Below, piece after piece: positions 60,182 to 64,000 of a DNA stretch of 64,000 nt. The notes under the pieces were generated by a model, which saw only the letters and a program-made list of their open reading frames with translations, did not search any database and was not told where the DNA came from. A program made the translations under genes and the position numbers. Origin of the DNA: Minisyncoccota bacterium (lineage in GTDB: Bacteria; Patescibacteriota; Minisyncoccia; Minisyncoccales; RBG-13-42-11); contig JAQTPY010000001.1 of the NCBI GenBank assembly GCA_028712445.1, positions 50,034 to 114,033 of the forward strand, written 5' to 3'. Every line of letters begins with the position of its first letter. Within the stretch, counting starts at the first letter, position 1.

Positions 60182-62473
60182 ATGGAAGCATTTTGGATAA
60201 TAATCAGTTATATCGCAGGTTCTATTCCTTTTGGTTACATAATATCCAAATTCTCAGGAAAGAACATCTTAGAGGTGGGATGGAAAAAGACTTCAGGATC
60301 CAATGTTTTTAAAAATGTTGGAAAGAAGCAGGGAGTTTTAACCGGCCTATTTGATGTCGCCAAAGGTTATTTGGTGGTTTTTCTAGCTCAAAAATTAGGA
60401 TTTTCTTTGGAAATTCAAGTTTTTTCCGGCTTGGCTGCGATAGTCGGACACAATTGGTCAATTTTCTTAAAATTTTCTGGGGGCAGAGGGATAGGGACCT
60501 TCGGAGGAGTGGTTCTGGCTTTCTCTCCGCAGATTCTCGGAATAATAATTATTCCTTTCCTGATCATTTCTTTAATTTGGAATGCCGCAATCGGCACTCT
60601 TTTTATCTTGTTTTTGATAATATTTTTGTTTTTTTATCCCCCTCAATTTTTAAATTCAAAGGAAGTTGAAAGCTGCGGTTTGCTAACATTGTTTTCTCTC
60701 TTCCCCATATTTCTTAAAAGATTGAGTCCCCTGAAGGAACTGAAATTTGGAACCATGGTTTTGAACCGTTTGATTTTTGACGATAATGAACCGCATGGTT
60801 TTAGAATAAACAAATTCATTGCCGCTGTAAGAAAGGGGTCAGCAAAGCCCATCAAGGATACCCTTCTGGCGCCCCCTCAAATTACTTGGAAGGTGGCTCA
60901 ATATGGAGCCAGAGCCGCAAGTAAAGGAGCGAAGGTGGCCAAAGACGGTTTTAGAAAATATCTTCTAGGTGTTTCAGAAAAGCAAGTTTTGGAAATCAAT
61001 GCTTTTGATTTCAAAAACATGATGATTGCTGCTTCAAAAAAAATAGTCCTCCATCAAGAAGATATAAACAAAATAAATGTTTTTCCCGTTGCAGATAAAG
61101 ACACGGGATACAACCTGGCAGCTACTCTTTTGGGAATAGAAGGAACGCTTTCTCAGAAAAATTACGGAGATTTCCGTGAATTGGCTAAAGATATGAACGA
61201 AGCTGCTATGATAAATGCCAGAGGAAATGTAGGCATGATTTCTACAGGATATTTTGTTGAGCTTCTCGAAAGAATAAAACATCTGGAGTCTTTAGATGCC
61301 TTTCATTTGGCGTTTGCAATGCAAAGAGGAATTAAAGCGGCCCGGGAATCGATTGCCGAGCCGGTTGAGGGTACGATTCTCGACGCAATAGAAGCTGCTG
61401 GCGAAAAAGCCTTGGAGCTGTCTAGAAATCAGAAAGAAAAAAACATAATCAAGGTTCTGGACGAAGCTTACAGGGCCAGCCAATCAGCTCTGGAAAAAAC
61501 TCCGGAAAAACTGAAGATTCTGAAAGAAAACAATGTGGTGGATGCGGGGGCATTGGGGTTTGTTAAGATTTTGGAAGGATGGCTGGACAGCTTAAAAGGA
61601 AATAAAATTGAAATCAAACAGGAGGCAGGTCCTGCCGAACAACCGAAAGCCGAAGAAGAACTGAAGCTCAGATACGAAGTGGTGGCTCTTTTTAAAAGAT
61701 CCGAGGACATGAATCAGGAATCGTTAAAGGAGGAGCTTTCTTGTTTGGGCGACAGTCTGGAAGTAATCGCTTCGGATGATAAAATCAAATTTCACATTCA
61801 TTGCTCTGACCCCGACCTGATTGTAGAAAAAATCAAGGGGTTCCCAGATGTCCAATTTAAAGTGGAGGATATGCAATCCTCAGAGACTTTGGCTAAAAAC
61901 CCCCTGGGTTTGATAGTCGACTCAGAGATTATTAATTCGGGTCCTAATCCTTCTTTTAAAGATTTTTTGGCTGCCTATCAGAGGGAATTGGCTAAATATG
62001 AGAAAATTTTAGTGATCACAGTTTCTTCTAAAAAATCAGGATCTTACAGCGCAGCCAGGATTGCCCGTTCCACTTTCAGAAAGCCCGAGAAAACAAATAT
62101 TTATGTTTTTGATTCTTTTACTTTGTCCACCGCCGAAAAAATAGTTGTTTTGAAAGCCCGGGAACTAATCGGTCTCGGAAAATCAATGGAGGAAATAATT
62201 GAAGAGCTGAAAGTCTTTTGTTTAAAAATAAGGATGCTGGCCACTCCTCAAAAAGATTTTTCCCTGATTGAAAAAATAGGATTCAGGCCTTTATTTGAAC
62301 TCAAGAACGGAGCTTTTAAAATTTCCAAAATAGTTTTAGGAAGCAACCCAAAAGAAATTTTAGCCAGAGAGATTAAGTCCTGCCAGAGCAAAAGAAAGAT
62401 CACAGGCGTTATTTACGGGTCAGACGCAAAAGCAAAGAATTTGGAAGTGGCTTTTTGCTTGATTGACAATTAA
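60182..62473 (+). CDS. PlsY-like acyltransferase / DAK2 (FakA-like) kinase / partial DegV fusion
   Basis: YIAGSIPFG, DVAKG, GHNW..F.GGRG; NVFPVADKDTG.N, ARGN.G, PVEGTI, VVDAG, GDSL, HIH; SSKKSGSY.AA, VFDS. Confidence 0.85.
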   Translation: MEAFWIIISYIAGSIPFGYIISKFSGKNILEVGWKKTSGSNVFKNVGKKQGVLTGLFDVAKGYLVVFLAQKLGFSLEIQVFSGLAAIVGHNWSIFLKFSGGRGIGTFGGVVLAFSPQILGIIIIPFLIISLIWNAAIGTLFILFLIIFLFFYPPQFLNSKEVESCGLLTLFSLFPIFLKRLSPLKELKFGTMVLNRLIFDDNEPHGFRINKFIAAVRKGSAKPIKDTLLAPPQITWKVAQYGARAASKGAKVAKDGFRKYLLGVSEKQVLEINAFDFKNMMIAASKKIVLHQEDINKINVFPVADKDTGYNLAATLLGIEGTLSQKNYGDFRELAKDMNEAAMINARGNVGMISTGYFVELLERIKHLESLDAFHLAFAMQRGIKAARESIAEPVEGTILDAIEAAGEKALELSRNQKEKNIIKVLDEAYRASQSALEKTPEKLKILKENNVVDAGALGFVKILEGWLDSLKGNKIEIKQEAGPAEQPKAEEELKLRYEVVALFKRSEDMNQESLKEELSCLGDSLEVIASDDKIKFHIHCSDPDLIVEKIKGFPDVQFKVEDMQSSETLAKNPLGLIVDSEIINSGPNPSFKDFLAAYQRELAKYEKILVITVSSKKSGSYSAARIARSTFRKPEKTNIYVFDSFTLSTAEKIVVLKARELIGLGKSMEEIIEELKVFCLKIRMLATPQKDFSLIEKIGFRPLFELKNGAFKISKIVLGSNPKEILAREIKSCQSKRKITGVIYGSDAKAKNLEVAFCLIDN

Positions 62474-62490
62474 AGTTATTCTGTTAAAAT
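62463..62490 (+). promoter_or_regulatory. promoter upstream of nusA
   Basis: TTGACA-16-TAAAAT with extended TG. Confidence 0.55.
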
Positions 62491-62569
62491 GAAGATGTTC
62501 CGCAATCTTGCGGATTCTTTTTTAGCGTTAAGCTAAAAACAAGCTCCGCTTATTTTTAATACAAACAAT

Positions 62570-63823
62570 ATGATGGACATAAAGAATTTTACTTCAGCAA
62601 TCGCTCAAATCGCAGAGGAAAAAGGAATCAAACCTGAAAAAGTTTTGGAAACCATCGAAATGGCAATTGCTGCGGCCTACAAAAAAGATTACGGGAAAAA
62701 GGGTCAAATAATCAAAGCCAAGCTTAATCCTGAAACGGGAGGAGTTAATTTTTGGCAGGTAAAGAAAGTTGTTGAGGAAAGCATGCTCTATACCGAAGAG
62801 GAGCTGGAAGAATTAAATGATCAGAATCCGGCAGCCGACATGGAGGAAGGCGAAGACGGCAAGAAGGTGCGCTTTAATCCCGAAAAACATATAATGGTTG
62901 CTGACGCCAAGAAAATAAACTCTAAAATCAAAGTTGGAGAAGATTTGGAACTTCCTTTGGAAACAAAAGCGGATTACGGAAGGATTGCCGCTCAGACAGC
63001 AAAGCAAGTGATTTTGCAGAGAATAAGGGAGGCGGAAAAAGAGAGCGTTTTCAGTGAATTCAAATCCAAAGAAGGAGAATTGATTTCCGGCATCGTTCAG
63101 AGAATTGAAGGAAGGAATGTTTTTATGGATATTGGAAAAACTTTAGGCATGCTTCCCAAGGAAGAGCAGGTTCCCGGAGAGTTTTATCGTCCGGGCCAAA
63201 GATTAAAAGTGTTTGTTTTGAAAGTGGAAGAAACTCCCAGAGGAGCTGTTATTTTCTTGTCGAGAGCTTATCCTAAAATCATTTCAAAGCTTTTTGAGCT
63301 CGAGGTTCCTGAGATTTTAGCCGATCAAGTTCAGATAAAATCAATAGCCAGAGAGGCCGGTTCAAGATCGAAGATCGCCGTGGCCTCAACTCAGGAAGGA
63401 ATAGATCCCATAGGGGCCATGGTGGGCCAGAGAGGAACAAGAGTTATGGCTGTCATTAATGAGCTGGGCGGGGAAAAGATTGATATTATTGAATATTCCG
63501 ACGAGTCGGAAAGATATCTTGCCAATGCTCTTTCTCCGGCCAAAGTTGTTGGCGTTAAAATAATGCCGAAAAACAAAGCCATTGTAATTGTTCCTGAAGA
63601 CCAGCTGTCTTTAGCTATAGGAAAGGATGGGCAGAATGTCAGGCTGGCTGCCAAATTGACGGGTTGGAAAATAGATGTAAAAGCTGAGGGGCATGAAGAT
63701 GATGTTGCTGAGGGGACAGAAGAAGCGGCAGTTGAGGAAGTCAAAGAAGAGTCTGCAGATAAAGAGAAAGAAGAAGAAACCAAAGAAAAGAAGTCCAAAA
63801 AGAAAAAAGAAACTGAAGACTAA
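62570..63823 (+). CDS. nusA: transcription termination factor NusA
   Basis: GRIAAQTAKQVI, FELEVPEI, AREAGSRSK, SLAIGKDGQNVRLA. Confidence 0.98.
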   Translation: MMDIKNFTSAIAQIAEEKGIKPEKVLETIEMAIAAAYKKDYGKKGQIIKAKLNPETGGVNFWQVKKVVEESMLYTEEELEELNDQNPAADMEEGEDGKKVRFNPEKHIMVADAKKINSKIKVGEDLELPLETKADYGRIAAQTAKQVILQRIREAEKESVFSEFKSKEGELISGIVQRIEGRNVFMDIGKTLGMLPKEEQVPGEFYRPGQRLKVFVLKVEETPRGAVIFLSRAYPKIISKLFELEVPEILADQVQIKSIAREAGSRSKIAVASTQEGIDPIGAMVGQRGTRVMAVINELGGEKIDIIEYSDESERYLANALSPAKVVGVKIMPKNKAIVIVPEDQLSLAIGKDGQNVRLAAKLTGWKIDVKAEGHEDDVAEGTEEAAVEEVKEESADKEKEEETKEKKSKKKKETED

Positions 63824-63865
63824 TAACTAAAAACTAAAAACTACTAACTATTAATAACTAAAAAC
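63819..63865 (+). repeat. heptamer ACTAnnA tandem tract upstream of hppA
   Basis: actaata actaaaa actaaaa actacta actatta ata actaaaa ac-ATG. Confidence 0.7.
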
Positions 63866-64000
63866 ATGTTGCTGATCCCGATCATCGTTTCCATTTTTTC
63901 TTTACTTTTTTCCTATTTCCTGATCAGAGACATTAATAGGGCCGAAGCAGGTTCGGGAAAAATGATAGAAGTTTCTCAAGCTATCAGAGAAGGAGCGATG
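63866..64000 (+). CDS. hppA: membrane-bound ion-translocating pyrophosphatase (3' partial)
   Basis: MLLIPIIVSIFSLLFSYFLIRDINRAEAGSGKMIEVSQAIREGAM matches the mPPase N-terminal G..M.E...AI.EGA pattern. Confidence 0.75.
   Translation, partial: MLLIPIIVSIFSLLFSYFLIRDINRAEAGSGKMIEVSQAIREGAM

Overview
This 64-kb, AT-rich, gene-dense window covers the replication origin of a small-genome bacterium. The gene set (stand-alone 5'-3' exonuclease, rpsO-NYN-pnp, PrgI/VirB4/VirB6/pilin cluster, Elp3, mostly SD-less leaders) suggests Patescibacteria/CPR, probably Parcubacteria; this assignment is inference. It contains dnaN-dnaA-rpmH-rnpA-yidD-yidC-jag, a complete F1Fo ATP synthase operon, repair genes (uvrB, mutM, UDG, EndoQ, ruvC), peptidoglycan genes, a two-component cluster, a chromosomal T4SS-like cluster and five tRNAs. 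Best leads: (1) degV plus a PlsY-FakA(DAK2)-DegV triple fusion, a candidate fatty-acid scavenging route to lysophosphatidic acid; (2) elp3 sharing an overlapping start with a Trm9/ALKBH8-like methyltransferase, a candidate bacterial mcm5U34 pathway; (3) a flavodoxin-membrane-coiled-coil protein, V4R-like protein, PAS kinase and two receivers as one signalling module; (4) a Zn-finger nuclease gene between tRNA-Pro and a degenerate copy of its 3' end; (5) two rod-shaped ncRNA candidates with near-consensus promoters; (6) DnaA-box-like sites away from oriC. All calls come from motif recognition by eye; no database searches were run.
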